Assembly: GCF_009914755.1 (NCBI RefSeq)
Contig: NC_060947.1
Reading direction: 5' to 3' (one strand)
Source: the human T2T-CHM13v2.0 reference genome, Homo sapiens
DNA length: 64,000 bases
This document shows positions 13,304 through 28,547 of the stretch, piece by piece (the first letter of the stretch is position 1; every line of letters starts with the position of its first letter). A program made the position numbers and the translations under genes. The notes beneath the pieces are model-generated. The model did no database searches and was not told the DNA's origin. It was given only the letters and a program-made list of their open reading frames with translations.

Positions 13304-14544
13304 CTGTAATGCAAACAAAACAATGTTTCAGAAATGTCAAGATGACTTTCAACATCACTGCATAGAAATGAAAAAGAAAAGGAAAATAAATATCTCTTAA
13401 AAAGTGCTTTTTTACACATGAGTTTTAAGAGGCATCTCAAAATGTCACAACACAGTAACATAAAACAAATGAATGCAAGCTTTAAAAAAAAGTGAAGGAA
13501 TTGGAGAAAACAACAAAATGGCTTGCCCTCTTCCTTTTTACTATCAGGAAAAAAAATTCCCTGCGAAAGCAAAAGAATATTCATATTTCATGTTGCTGTG
13601 TATTTAACAGTCTGGCCCGGTCACGTCTAACCCCAGCAAGAAGCGCGTAGCTCTAGGCATTTCTTCACACATCTGTCTGGGAAACTGTTTGTTCCTTTCA
13701 GACGCAACCCTGATCCACTTCAAAGGAGAGTCTCCAAAATTTCAAACTGCATAAAAGGCAAAGTGAATATTAAAAAAGAATGTTTCCAGATATTGGATTA
13801 GTTTAATCAATTACTAGCCTCTCTCTAAAATAAACATTAAAAAGGGAGTTTTTTGTCTGGCTCATTTTCTTTCTCTTTGTATTCATTTTCTTGCACCATA
13901 TTCCCAGCAGATGCTGTGGAAAATATTCATGAGCTTTCTCACAAATCCCCCCAGTGGATGCACTATTTCTCTTCTTCATTTAGGTTTTCTGGTTAGAGTT
14001 CTCATGTATAAACTAAAAAGCAAGGCACTGGTGTGTCTCAATCTCCTTCTATGTACTCTCAGGTTCATTTGGAAGGTTCAGTTATTAATAATGAACACTT
14101 TGATTCAAAAATGCAAGTGCTTCTCTTAAAAACAAGAGAATTGTGGCATGAAGCATACCATTTCTGAGCATATCAAATGATGCTGGACTAGTAATCTTGT
14201 TGAGTTTGGTATTTTGTTAAGTTCCATAAACAACACTCTTAAGAGCTATTATATGCGGAGTATTGCGTAGGATGCTGGGAATTTTTGAGCAAAGAAACAA
14301 CCTTGAAACAATTTAGTACTAAATCTAGTTACTTATTTTCTAATTAAGAAAATTGATGCTCATTTATACAAGGCCACAAAGCTAGCTGGCAGCAGCAAGG
14401 AGGAGAATTTCAGATCTGTACTCTTCTGTTTCATCTAGAAAAATTTCAGGCCAGTTACTCCAAGGGTTATATGTCCTTTTGAGTCTCTTAATGGCTCTTA
14501 AAGCTTTGGATTTACAAATGTAATATATCTTGGCTCTAAAAATT

Positions 14545-15075
14545 ACATCTGTGGGTATATATCTATACAACAGGATATTATTCAGCCATAAAAAGGGATG
14601 AAACACTGACACACGCTACGATGTGGATAAAGCCTAAAAACATTATGCTCTGTGAAAGAAGCCATCAAAAAGGCCACATATTGTATGATCCATTTGTATG
14701 AAATGTCCAAAAAAGGCAAAAATTCATAAAGACAGGGAGTAGATTGGTGGTTGCTAGGGGCTAAGAGGGGAGGGGAGATGGGGAGTAACTGCTTAATGAG
14801 TATAAGGCTTACTTTTGGTATGATGGAAGTGTTTTGGAACTTGATAGAGGTGGTGGCTACACAACAATGTGAATGTCCTAAATGCCACTGAATCGTGCAT
14901 TCAGAAGCAGAGTCTCACTATGTTGCCCAGGTTGGTCTTGAACTCCTGGGCCCAAGCGATCACCCTTTGGGAGGCCTTGGCCTCCCAAAGTGCTGGGATT
15001 ACAGGTATGAGCCACCACACCCAGCCTTAAAATGGTTAATTTTATGTTGTGTAAATTTCACCCATCTAAAAAAGA
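14545..15075 (+). mobile_element. L1MB-type 3' end interrupted by a FLAM/partial Alu
   Basis: tattcagccataaaaggg; tagattggtggttgctagggg; aatgtgaatgtcctaaatgccactgaa. Confidence 0.85.
14905..15026 (-). mobile_element. FLAM_C / Alu left monomer
   Basis: gtctcactatgttgcccagg...ggcctcccaaagtgctgggattacagg. Confidence 0.88.
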
Positions 15076-17729
15076 ATATACCTGTAAAATGCTCAAAATT
15101 CATAGAAATACAGTTTCTATAGTTGTATTTCTGGCAGATTTTCAGTGTTGTACAGGAGGGAAGGAGAGAGCCTAATCAACAATGTCATAAATGTAATGAT
15201 ACTGGGATTGAAAGATGCAAGTGAAGAGGTCTAAGCTCTGGAAACGAGTTTCAAGTGTCTGAATGAGGGTAGAGAATCTAACTGCATCTCCTGACCCTTT
15301 CACCAAGAAGTAGTGAATAGCAGAGTTGAGTGCTTTTGTTGACTAAATATTGCACCCTGGGGAATTGGGCTAATTATTGTTACCAACAGCTGCTAATTTA
15401 GACTGATGGATACGGAGATGGTTGCTAGGCATTTTTGATTGATGGTCAAGTTATACTTTAAAAATGCTTTCCTTATGACCCATGAACACAAAAAGTCCTT
15501 AAACTTCATAGAGGTCCTAGGATTATTCTCAACAAATATTTATGAAGCCCTTAAACTATGCTACACACCAAAGAGCCCAGAATATATGCATTCGATGCAG
15601 AAAAGTTAAAAGAAATGCTAAGGTGCCATTTGAACCCTTAAAAGATATCGCAAAGTGAAACGCCAATTAATTCTCCGTCATAATGTCTGGCAGGGAGAAC
15701 TGTTCTGAGCTACTGGGAAACAAGCACCAAACTTGCAATTGCATTTCCCTGGCTTTAGCAGTTTCCCTGCCCACTGGCAGAAACCTCTTTATTCAGTCTC
15801 ATCCAAAATAGATTTTGTTCCCAAGTTTCTCCTGGTTCCATGGTCTACAAACAATTAAATAAAACATTTTAAATTGAGTGACACTGTTAATAATGTCTAC
15901 CATCTTGATGGTAGGAACTTTGTTACATGGGAACCAAAAGGATCAAAGTTCCTAGCCTGGGAGGTAAAGGCTGACAGCAAGAATCAGTGGAGATTACTGC
16001 AGCTTTTAACACCTACACATTTGTTTTTTGATGGAAGGAAAGATACTTATCTTTGGCTACAACTTCAAATTCCTAATTGGAGTGACAGGCAAGGGGAAAT
16101 CTGCCAAATTCAACATTTTAGGCCATGTTTTTATTTCCCAAATCCTTATTGCCCATCTTCTGGCCTTTTGGATAAGTTGCCAAATCCACTAGGGCTGTTA
16201 GCGCTATGCCACTTTCTCAACTTCTTGCTTTACAGCCATGTCTGGGACACATGGGGCCAGTTTTCCAGAAGGTGGACGTGTCTGGAGCTATGCTGCTCAC
16301 AAGGCTTCTGCCAAACAATGTGCATCACCAAAGTAAAACCCAGTGAGGCCTCACAGTAACAAGATAGGTTTACTTTGGTCAGCCCAGGAATTCCCAAACA
16401 CATTTGGCCTTGAAAACGTGCAGTTATCTTAATGCCTATGAACACCCTGCAGACACACTTCCAAAACCACTGATCAGATATGCTCTAATTCTTTGAACCA
16501 AGCAACATCTTTTCAGAATTGACAACTGGAGTTCTTGGCTTTGTATTCTGGAAAAGATCCTTGAACTGCCTATTGTAGTGAGGAACAGAAGGATCACCTT
16601 GAGGAGTCTGAGAACCTCCTAGGTGCTTTGAACAATAGGTACTATTCAGAGGGAAGTTTCTTTTTATCACCTTCTTGATACAGATAAGTTACTGCTATAA
16701 GGGATTTTAATTCTAGATTCTTCATAAGCAGACCAACTTTCTTATGCCTGGACTTAGTGAATAGCTTTGCTTATTTAAAATAATGCTATAAAGGTGCATA
16801 TACAATCACACCAAAGACCTATCTACTAGTGTAGCTTGAGAATATAGTACATTATACATTTGCATTCATCTAGTGAGTGGGAAGGAAGAGAACTAGTATT
16901 TGTTGCATGTTCATCTTGTGACAGAAACTAGGCTAATGTTTTTACTACATTATTGCATTTTATCCCCACAATAACCATCTTAGGTAGGAATAATTAGTCC
17001 CGTCTTACAGATTTATGGATCCATTCATTCATTCACTCATTCACTCATGTCAGGCAGCTCGCAATGTGCTGGGGCTATAATGGTAAAAACAAGGTGGCTA
17101 GGGTACCTGCCTACTTGGAGTATATGAGCAAAATTAGCCAATGTTAATGAGCAGCCTCAATGCTATCTATAATTACTAAGCAATTAGCACAGAGCCAAAC
17201 AACCGGTTCCAAAGCAAAAGCATCTCCTACAATGTAAAGCTTGAGGCTCTCTCCCCTTTTGGAGTTGTTTGATGTTTCTGAAATGAAAGAAAAATTTACA
17301 GTTTTGATTCAGCTTGTAGGAGGACATATCCACTTTAAGTCGCTTAACGATGCAGAAAATCTCATCTAAGTCTCACTTCAAGAATGCCTGCGGGATTAAA
17401 AGTTTGTTCTGGGCTCCACACCTGAATTGAAGAATAAAGATTGTTTGGAAGTATACAGGAGCCAAAGCCCAAGGCAGGCACAATAGGAGACAGAAAAAAG
17501 AAGTCATGTCCTAGAGAAGAATGTTAAGTGACAGGTTGATGAATAGGGGCAGGTAGACAGAGAGTAGCATTGGAAAAAAGACACACAAGGCGGGCTAGAC
17601 TGACATGTTGAAACGTGAAAACAGAGATCCAACTAACACTCATGGAGTAGCTATAATGCTAATGACCTGTTCTTAGGAACTTAAAGCAATGTCATCACAA
17701 CAGTGACAGCTATTCTGAAACCAATTTTT

Positions 17730-18477
17730 TTAAATAATTTTTTTATTAGTAAAAACAATTCTTTTGTGGGTATATAGTAGGTGTTTATATTTATGGAGTA
17801 CATGAGATATTTTGATACAGGCATGCAATGTGAAATAAGCACATCACAGAGAATAAGTTATCAATCCCCTCAAGCATTTATCCTTTGGGTTACAAACAAT
17901 CCAGTTACATTTTTAAGTTTTTTTTTAAACATACGATTAAGTTATTATTGACTATAGTCACCCTATTGTGCTACCAAATAGTAGGTCTTATTCATTCTTT
18001 CTTTTTTCCCATTAACCATCCCTACCCACCCCCACTCCCACAACTCCCTACTATACTTCCCAGCCTCTGGTAACCATCCTTCTACTCTCTATGTCCGTGA
18101 GTTCAATCGTTTTGATTTTTAGATTCCACAAATAAGTGACAGCATGCAATGTTTGTCTTTCTGTGCCTGGCTTAGTTCACTTAATGATCTGCAGTTCCAT
18201 CCATGTTGTTGCAAATAACTAGATCTCATCCTTTTTTATGGTTGACTAGTACTCCATTGTATATATGTACCACATTTTCTTTATTCATTCATCTGTTGAT
18301 GGACACTTAGGTTGCTTCCAAATCTTAGCTATTGTAAAAGTGCTGCAGCAAACACAGGAGTGAGGATATCTCTTCTATATACTGATTTCGTTTCTTTTGG
18401 GTATGTACCTAGCAGTAGGATTGCTGGATTATATGATAGCTTAATTTTTGGATTTTTGAGGAACCTCCAAACTGTTC
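17730..18477 (-). mobile_element. 5'-truncated L1MA 3' end
   Basis: L1 3'UTR motifs (tatttatggagtacatgagatattttgatacaggcatgcaatg); imperfect TSD ctgaaaccaatttt / ctgaacccaatttt. Confidence 0.9.
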
Positions 18478-19589
18478 CTGAACCCAATTTTCTAAGTAGA
18501 AAATAGCTCAAAGACCCATAGTTAAAAAGTGGCAGTGCTAGGACTGGAACCCAGGTCTGCCAACTTCTAGTCTAAGCCCAGTGTCCTTTTTCTATATCCT
18601 AGCTGCTGGAAGGATAGAAAGGCTCAGGAATTAGCCAAGAGGATTGACAAATAGTGATGGGAGGAGAGGGGACTGCAGAAACAGAGACAAGGCTCTTGGC
18701 AAATTTTTACAGGCTCTGTGAATTCAAACTTGACAGAAGCACATTCTTTGTAGAAAGAGAAATCAAAGTCATGTTCCTGCTCTTGATGAGTTGGGCTTGT
18801 TATAGAGAGAGCTGAATGGGAGCAGATACGTCCCACTGGAACTGAGGGAGATTGTATGTGGGCATTCCCACACCTGTGCTATACTTCAGATGCATATCTT
18901 CTTTCAGCAATAACTGTTATGGGGTCACATCATCCCTGGTCACTAGGTAAGAATTTATTCATGTGACACTTGGTTGAATCTTCAGGGATTGATGAGGAAT
19001 GCAGTTCATAATAGCCATTTCATCTGGACATCTCAAAGTTCATAGATGGAGAAAAGTACTCCTGGATTCCGGTTGGAAACCGTGACCTAAGTGTAAACGC
19101 TATCTATTAGTGTCCTAGGTACACTGGAGTATTAGTGCTATTTGCAGTTTTTAACTTTAGGGTGAATATTGAGCAACTGGATATGGCCCAGGGAAAATAA
19201 ACATTTGGAACCAAGGAATCAGGAGGAAAGAAATGGGCCTCTCAGAGTAAGGAGGAGAGCATCTTAAGTACATAACAGGGATGATAGCCAGCTGTTATCC
19301 ATGCCTTTTAGAAGAGATAAGTATCTAATCAGCTACAAAAGGAATTTTCCTCAAATATAAGAAATAATACAGTCAAGCCGATTGGACAGTAGACCAGAGT
19401 TGTAAAAACACGATACATTACTCTTTAAGAAGAGTGAAAATGGAGATGTCAATCACTCCTCCTCTATGCGATATTTTGAGAATTAGCACAAGTTTCCGAA
19501 ACAAGCAAGCACTCAATAAATGTTAGTTTCCTTTCTCTTTCTTTGAATAAATTTGAGTCATAAGATGGCGAGTATTTTTTTTCCTAGGC

Positions 19590-19800
19590 CAGGGGTTGGC
19601 AAAGTATGGTCTACTGCCTGTTTTTGTAATGGTTTTATTGGCACACAGCCACACCCATTTGTTTCTATATTATCTATGGCCGCTTTAGAGCTAGCTACAA
19701 TGGCAGAGTTGAGTAGCTGTGACCAAGACCTTACAACCTGCAAAGCGGAAAAATATTTACTTGATGATCCTTTATAGAAAAAGTCTGCTGATCTCTGCTC
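19590..19800. mobile_element. MER58A (orientation B)
   Basis: caggggttggcaaag...ttttattggcacacagccac...aaaagtctgctgatctctg. Confidence 0.85.
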
Positions 19801-19920
19801 TAGGATGAAGATCAGCATGCATGAGCTCTCTGGGGTCTTCTAGAGATAGGATTCTATTATTGCTTTGGATAAAGGGCAGTTGACTCTGAAAATTAGAATG
19901 AATGAAGTCAAGGCCATTAG

Positions 19921-20446
<526 letters not shown>

Positions 20447-21031
20447 TAAAGCTCCCTACCTGAGAATAAAGAGTATTTTAAAAGAAGCCCGTATGAGGTT
20501 GACAGTTTGGTCCTTTCTCTCCTGCGTGAGTTGGCCTTGACCTTTTCAGGTGAGGCCAAGCTCCTCAACCAAATGAAAATGGGCCTAACAGAGAACAACA
20601 CCTGTGTGATTTTAAAAAAAAATAGATGAGCCCTGTGATGGAAGAAAATATTCCCTTTAATGTTTTTGCCTTCATTTTGACTCTTTGTTATCAAGTGTAC
20701 GATAACATCACATCTGAGAGTCACAATAAATGCTGTTTTTGTGCCATCATAAGCTCCCCCCTCGTCCAAAAGCAGGTTGATTTTATTCTTTCTAACTGGT
20801 GGACTCTTGTTTCAAAGGCCTTGAACTCCAGACTCCAGGCTGTTACTGAAAGGGCTTTCACATGTCAAAAGGAAGCATCTTTAGCTGGAACAAAACAGCT
20901 CAAAGCCTCTATTCTCTCTGGTACTGAGCCTTGAAAATGAAAATAAAAGCAAGGCGAGGGCAAGACCAACCAATCACAGCGCAGATACAAGAGCCCAGCA
21001 GCCGAGAAATTCCCAGGGGCCCCTGCACTCA

Positions 21032-21211
<180 letters not shown>

Positions 21212-23576
21212 TTACATGGGTGGTCTTGCTTAATGAAAAGGCATCAGGCTGGATCCTTCATTTTGTTGTGTTATCCTTCCATAAAAGTTCAAAAAGTAGG
21301 CATAGAGATATATCAAAATATGGAAAGCTCCGTTATGGGACTCTGGTTTAGATATTCCTTATCTCATTGGAGAAGCATTGCTAATTCGTTTTACGAGGAA
21401 ACACTGAATTGTGAATTGCTTCCCTGTTGATGGGAAAAAAAGGTGTTGCCCAGTGGCAACTTACAAAGGGTCACCAGACGTCTTCCCTGGACTATTCCAC
21501 ACAATGACTGCAAGACTGTAGGGAACCCTGGAACTTTCTCTATCTCAGGTTTATCTTCTTTTCATCAAGAAGATAAAACATCTTTATAGGTGGTGAATCT
21601 ATGGTTTAAATGAAAACCATTTTCTAAAAAGTGTTTTTTGTAATTCATGTAATAAAATCGAGAATGGAAAGCATTAAGTGTTACTATTTCCCACACTACC
21701 TAAAACTCATGTGTTAAATTAACAGAAAGGGAGCATTTTTCCCATTGATTAATATTTTTCCTGTTGAGCAGATGAGAGAAAGCCAAAAAAAGCACAGCTG
21801 GGCCATTTCCCCTCACTGGGAACGTCATTTCCAGGCACTTTGTGCTTACTTGATAACTAGGAACTATTTTGATAAGCATTTCCCAGTTGGGATAAAAACG
21901 CATGATTGCTTCACAACCTCCATTCCAATTCCTGATTCTGTCTCGCTTGAAAATGTCCCTCAAACATAATTGACCATAACCTCCGGGGCAGGCCAAGATA
22001 AGTCCAAGGTAACCCACTTGACCGTTCGCTCTTGTGTTTGAAATGTGCTGTGAGATGAAGTCCTCTAGCCAGAAGCCAAGTTAAAATTAGACAGCTAATT
22101 GGAATTGCTGTGTGCCTACTGCCCCCAACCACACACCCAGGGACAGGTTTCAACCGGCTTTATGATAATTCTGGAATGGAAAATAGCCCTGGGTGAAAGG
22201 GTACGGAGGAGACCAGTCAATCTGTCTTACAGACAAGGCTGGCCCAAGGCTCTCTCCAGAATTCCTGCTAATTCCAAGAAATTCTTTCTTTCTCCAAGTC
22301 GTCATTACCATCCCTGTATAACTCTAATCTAAGAAAAGGAAGGAAAGAGATGTCAGAACTTGAGGCCTCTAAGGAACATCCAATTCCAAGTATGTACTAT
22401 AAGCAAACAAAGGAAATTCATACTGAATTAGAAGCAGCAGGCACAAGATTTCAGGCAAGGGTGAAAAAAATTCCTGAAAGAGTCAGAGAATGAAGTGTCA
22501 AAACTTTAGGGCAAATAATATAGGATCGTGAGCCTGGTAAAAGACTTAATGCATTATAATTATAGTTACTGTCCCCAGTGGATTAATTGTATTCATTAGT
22601 GGAATAAAATAACACTTATTTTACACCAAATAGAATTTAGCCTCTGGCATCATTCTATCTGGAGGCAAAGCTAAGGAAGGCATCCAGTACGCGCAGGATA
22701 TTAGAACATGTTCATAAGAAACTGTCAGAGGAAGGAAAATTCCAGAAGGAAAACTAATTTACAGTCCACAGGACAAACCAAGTGAATGGAATATTTAATC
22801 ACACAGCATAAAGAATCATTTAAATTACATGGCCGAATTGCAGATGTTTAATACAATTCCAGCAAAAGAAAATAAGGTCAAAATATTCCTTTAGAATAAC
22901 TTCATGACAACTACTTATCCTTTAGATATGCCTATTAAAGACCACACACATTTCAAATGCGATGATGCTTGAACTCCAGTTTCTTCTTTTCTTTTTCTAT
23001 CATGATATTGAACATTAAAAGTGACATAACAGGAAAAAGAATAAAAGAGCCCTAAATCATGCAAAAATTAAAGCAAGACAAAATGAGAGTCGCCTGTGAA
23101 AATATCGGAATGTTCTACAGAGAACAATTTTGGGCATAATTTTAGTTATAGGTTAGTGTACAATTTCATCTGATACATCTGATTTGAGCTTTGCAAACCT
23201 AGTGTAAAAGAATCAGCTGGGCATCATTTTGAAAGAAAAACAGTAGATGTTTGGGTCTACGCTCCAATATTTGAGTTAAGGAGTTGTAATTCGCAGAGCA
23301 GGAGGAATTTCCATTTCAACAAGCAACAAATGTTTTTAAGCCTGCAGGTGATGAATCATTAGGACAGTCAGGACTAGCCTTTAAAAAACCAAATAGAAGA
23401 GGAGAAAAGCAAATAGCAGAGTGCATTCCTGGTAGAAAAGGCAAGTTGGGTTTTGTAAAACCTTTTGTGTGTGTGCATGCGTGCACGCTGTATTGTGATG
23501 TCATATATATTTCTTACTGCGGGTTACAGTAAAAAAAAAAAGAAAAAAGAAAAACACTGCTCTAAGTTAGGTGTTC

Positions 23577-23790
23577 CTAGGCTGTGATCTGTGGGCCAAA
23601 TCAGCATACAGCCTGTTTGTGTAAATAAAGCTTTATTGGCATACTACCACACTCATTGGTTACACATAATCTATGGCTGCTTTCTTGCTACAATGTTGTG
23701 CAGAAGTGAGTTGCTGCAACAGAGACCGTATGGCAAAGCCTAAAATATTTGTTATCTGGCCCTTGACAGAAAAGTCGGCTAACCCCTGGC
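23577..23790. mobile_element. MER58A (orientation B)
   Basis: gtgggccaaatc...gtaaataaagctttattgg...aaaatatttgttatctggcccttgacagaaaag. Confidence 0.8.
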
Positions 23791-25410
23791 TTAAATGATT
23801 ACAGTCAGATGGCCCTGATTTGCAGCACACTCTGAAACACTGTCCTACTTGTCACAGCACTTCAAACTCAGACACCCAGCATGGAGCGAAGTACTTAGTT
23901 TTCTATTAGACAACACTTTTTAATGTATTATTTTTAAAAGTTGACAAGGTGAATAAAATTTGATGTTTAAAAAAATTAGATACTGACACATAAAAAGATT
24001 CTGTATGTGTCTGCCTTAATGCTGCAAGGGAAATATTTTCCAGTCAACTCTTCATTTTTCCTTTGGGAAGTGAGATTACCACATTGCAACTTTTGGAATT
24101 TACTCTCTACTAGTCATGGAAATAGTTTGCCTGCTGGAATCTCCTTTTAGCAGGGACACAGGGCTGTTTATATCATTTTATTTGCTGTTTATTATACCTT
24201 ACACATTCTTTTAAAAGCCGCTTTATTTTGCTTGAAATGCGTTTTAAACACTTATTTTTATATAAATCTTTTTATATGTATGTAGGATACACAACCCAAA
24301 ACAATTAGGTCCAAACAATGCATCCTCAATTCACACAAGTATCTGAACTGAAAATGAGGCCTGTTCTCACCATCTCTTTAAGGCCATGGAGAGCTCAACA
24401 TTTAGTCCAAGTTAATTTTCTTAAACTTTTAAGATTTAGTGTACATAAAAGGCAGTGAAGAAAAGGGACCCTTATTTTGTTGAGCTTTGGCCTTCAGAAG
24501 TCTACCATAGATCTCTGTGTCTGAACATTAAATGAATGAACTCAATCTGAATTTAGCTCTTTGTGTGTTGACATGAAACTTATCCCCGACTACTGAAAAA
24601 AAGAAGAAAATTCTTTTCCAGGGAGCCTCATGGCTTAAGACTCTCCAGTCCGCCCACCTATAAAGGCTGTCGAGTTAATTTGTTTCAGAGAATGTACAAT
24701 GGTCCAAGAGCAGGAATCATCAGTAGGTACTAACGTGTAATAATATCACCTGCTTGGTGACCTCGTCAATTGCAGAATTTGAGGTGAGTTTGACAGCTGA
24801 GTGACTAGTGTCAGAGATAGACAGGGGCAAAATAAGGCAGTTGATGAAACTCACTTTTGTGATCTCCACAATTCTGCCTGGTTCTTGCTCCACCTGCCCA
24901 CTTCCAATTGCTTGTCAGAAGGCCCCACCATCCGTTCTTTAGACTCAATGCCCTCAGTTGCCACTGCCATCCTGGGGTGCAGGGACCCAAGTCCCCCAGT
25001 GAACCCCAAGTCCACACTTGCCCTCCCTGTCTGGCACCTCAGATTTCCACGGGTTGGCATTCACACCCTTCCTCTTAAAAACAGGCCTCTGACACAATAT
25101 GCCCTGGCTAGGGACTTGAGTCACTGTGAGTTTCAGGGTTTGGAATGAACTAGTCCTTGGTCATGTGCCAAAGTACTAGCTCAAGAGAAAAGGAGTGCGG
25201 CCCTCATCTTTCCCAAGTAACATCTGCTTTCTAAGATTGCCTTCTGAGATAATGTTGCTGAGCAAATGTATACTTTTTAAAAAGTGAAGCATTCCATACA
25301 TACAAAAAATTTAAGAATATAATGAACTGTCCTGTACATAGTACCAGGTTTACTAAATCTCAGTATTTTCATCATATGAGCTTCAGAGTTTTCAAAAGGA
25401 AGTAAAAAAG

Positions 25411-25713
<303 letters not shown>

Positions 25714-26534
25714 TAAAATATTATTGATAGCATTAAAGCCTCTGTGTGGCACTTTATAATCTCACTCATGTCTCTCTCCAGAAGAAAAGACCCTCTCAAA
25801 TTTAGAGCTGATCACTCCCAAACATGTTTATGTACACATACCTAAACAATGTATGGGATTTTTTGGTAGTTTATTAAATTTTATATAATGCTTGTACAAA
25901 TAATTATATAACTTTCTTCTGTTTTTGTGATTTGTCCGTGCTAATACATATCACCCTAGTTCATTAATTTTAATTTCTGAAGACTTTTTCATTATATAAT
26001 ACACAATTTATATGTCTAATAAACAGCTGAATTGAGATAGAATTTACATATCATAAACAGTACATACTTAAAGTGCAAATTTGACACTTTTTCAAATATG
26101 TATGCACCCATGAAACAGTCACCACAGTCAAGATAATAAACATATATATCATGCCCCACAATTTACTCCTGCCCCTTTGTAATTAACTGTGCCCATCCTT
26201 TCCTGTCATCCCATCCCTAAAAGCAATCATTGATTTGCTTTTTGTCACTGTAGATTAGTAGAAAGTGCCGTTTCTCGAATTTCATATGAATCTACTCATA
26301 CAGAATATACTACTTTCTGTCTGACTCCTTTCACGCACCTTAATTATACTGAGATCCATCCATGTTGTTGCATTATAACTAGTGTAACTAGTTTATTCCT
26401 TTTTATTGCCAAAGAGTATTTCATTGTGTGATTATGACACAAATTGTTTACCCATTCATCTGTTGATGGACTTTGGGCCATTTCTAGTTTGGGGCTATTA
26501 CAAGTAAAATTAACATGAAATTTCACCTACAAGT

Positions 26535-26836
<302 letters not shown>

Positions 26837-27145
26837 TCACCTACAAGTTTTGTATGGACATAGCTTTCCTTTCTCTTGGTAAATACCTAAATGGCTGGAT
26901 CATATGGTAAGTGTATGCTTACTTAAGAAACTGCCAGCTTTCCAGCATGTACTACTTTAATTCCCACCTCCAGCAGTTTGTGAGAGGCTCTGGTTCCTTC
27001 ACATTTTTGCCAACACTTGGTATGCGCCATCTTTTGAATTTTAATTATTCTAGTAGGTAGGAAGCAGTATCTCATTGAAATTTATTTTGCATTTCATTAA
27101 TGACTAATGATACTGAACCATCTTTTCACGTGCTTATTTACCATC

Positions 27146-27579
27146 TGTGATGGTTAATACTGAGTGCCAACTTGATTGGATTGAAGGATGCAAGTATTGA
27201 TCCTGGGTGTGTCTGTGAGGGTGTTGCCAAAGGACATTAACACTTGAGTCAGTGGGCTGGGGAAGGCAGACCCACCCTTAATTGGGTGGGCACCATCTAA
27301 TCAGCTGCCAGCGAATATAAGCAGGCAGAAAAACATGAAAAGGCAAGACTGGCTTAGCCTCCCCGTCTACATCTTTCTCCCATGCTGGATGCTTCCTGCC
27401 CTCGAACATCGGACTCCAAGTTCTTCAGTTTTGAGAGTCGGACTGGCTCTCCCTGCTAGCTTGCAGACGGCCTATTGTGGGACTTTGTGATTGTGTAAGT
27501 TAATACTTAATAAACTCCTCTCTCTCTATATATATATATCCTATTAGTTCTGTCGCTCTAGAGAACCCTAAGTAATACA
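27146..27579 (+). mobile_element. MLT2A1/A2 (ERVL) solo LTR
   Basis: Starts tgtgatggttaatactgagtg, ends agagaaccctaagtaataca; 5-bp TSD ccatc/tcatc; AATAAA near 27510. Confidence 0.92.
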
Positions 27580-28249
27580 TCATCCACACCTCTTCTTTGG
27601 TAAAGTTTTCAAATCTTTTATGCATTTTGGTGAAAGGCTTGTTTTCTTATTAATGAGTTTTGAGAATTTGTTATATATTCTGGATACAATCCTTTATTAA
27701 AATAAATAATTTGTAAATATTTTCGCCTAGTTTGTGGTTGGTCTTTTCAGTCTCTTAACAGTGCATTCTGAAGAGGTTTTTAATTTTGATGAAACCCAAC
27801 ATATAAATATTTTCTTTTATGGATAATGCTTTTGTCATCTGTATGTAAAGAATCTTTGCCTAACCCAAGGTCAAGATCTCCTCCACGTTTTCTTCTAGGA
27901 GTTTTACAGCTTTTACCTTTTACATTTAGATATATAATCAATTTTGAGTAAAGTCTTGTATATAATGTGAAGTATGGATCAAACTTCATATTCTTACATA
28001 CAGATATCCAATTGCTCCAGCACCAGTTACTAAAAAGACAATCCTTTCTCCACTGAAATTGCCTTTGCATCTTTGTTGAAAATCACTTGTCCATATATGT
28101 ATGAATCTACTTCTCAAGTCTTTTTGCTGATCCTTTGATCTATTTGTCTATCTTTATACAAATACCACCTTATATTGATTTCTGAAGCCTTATAATAAAT
28201 CTTGAAATCAGCTGATGTTAGTTCTCCAACTTTGTTATTATTTTCAAAG

Positions 28250-28547
28250 TTTTTTTTTTTTTTTTTGAGACAGAGTCTCTCTCTGTCGCCCGGGCCGGAG
28301 TGCAGTGGCGCAATCTCGGCTCACTGCAAACTCCGCCTCCCGGATTCACGCCATTCTCCTGCCTCAGCCTCCTGAGTAGCTGGGACTACAGGCTCCTGCC
28401 ACCATGTCTGGCTTATTTTTTGTATTTTTAGTAGAGACGGGGTTTCACCGTGTTAGCCAGGATGGTCTCGATCTCCTGACCTCGTGATCCGCCCGCCTCG
28501 GCTTCCCAAAGTGCTGGGATTATAGGTGTGAGCCACCGCACCCGGTC
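28250..28547 (-). mobile_element. AluY
   Basis: Diagnostic ttcacgccattctcc and ccgtgttagccaggatgg; TSD around attttcaaagt. Confidence 0.95.

Noticed and set aside
15874-16359. Longest ORF in the track (161 aa, plus strand)
   Set aside because: Non-ATG start (TTG), no recognisable family, antisense within an intron
27780-28070. ORF resembling L1 ORF2p
   Set aside because: Degenerate fragment of a dead L1; not a functional gene
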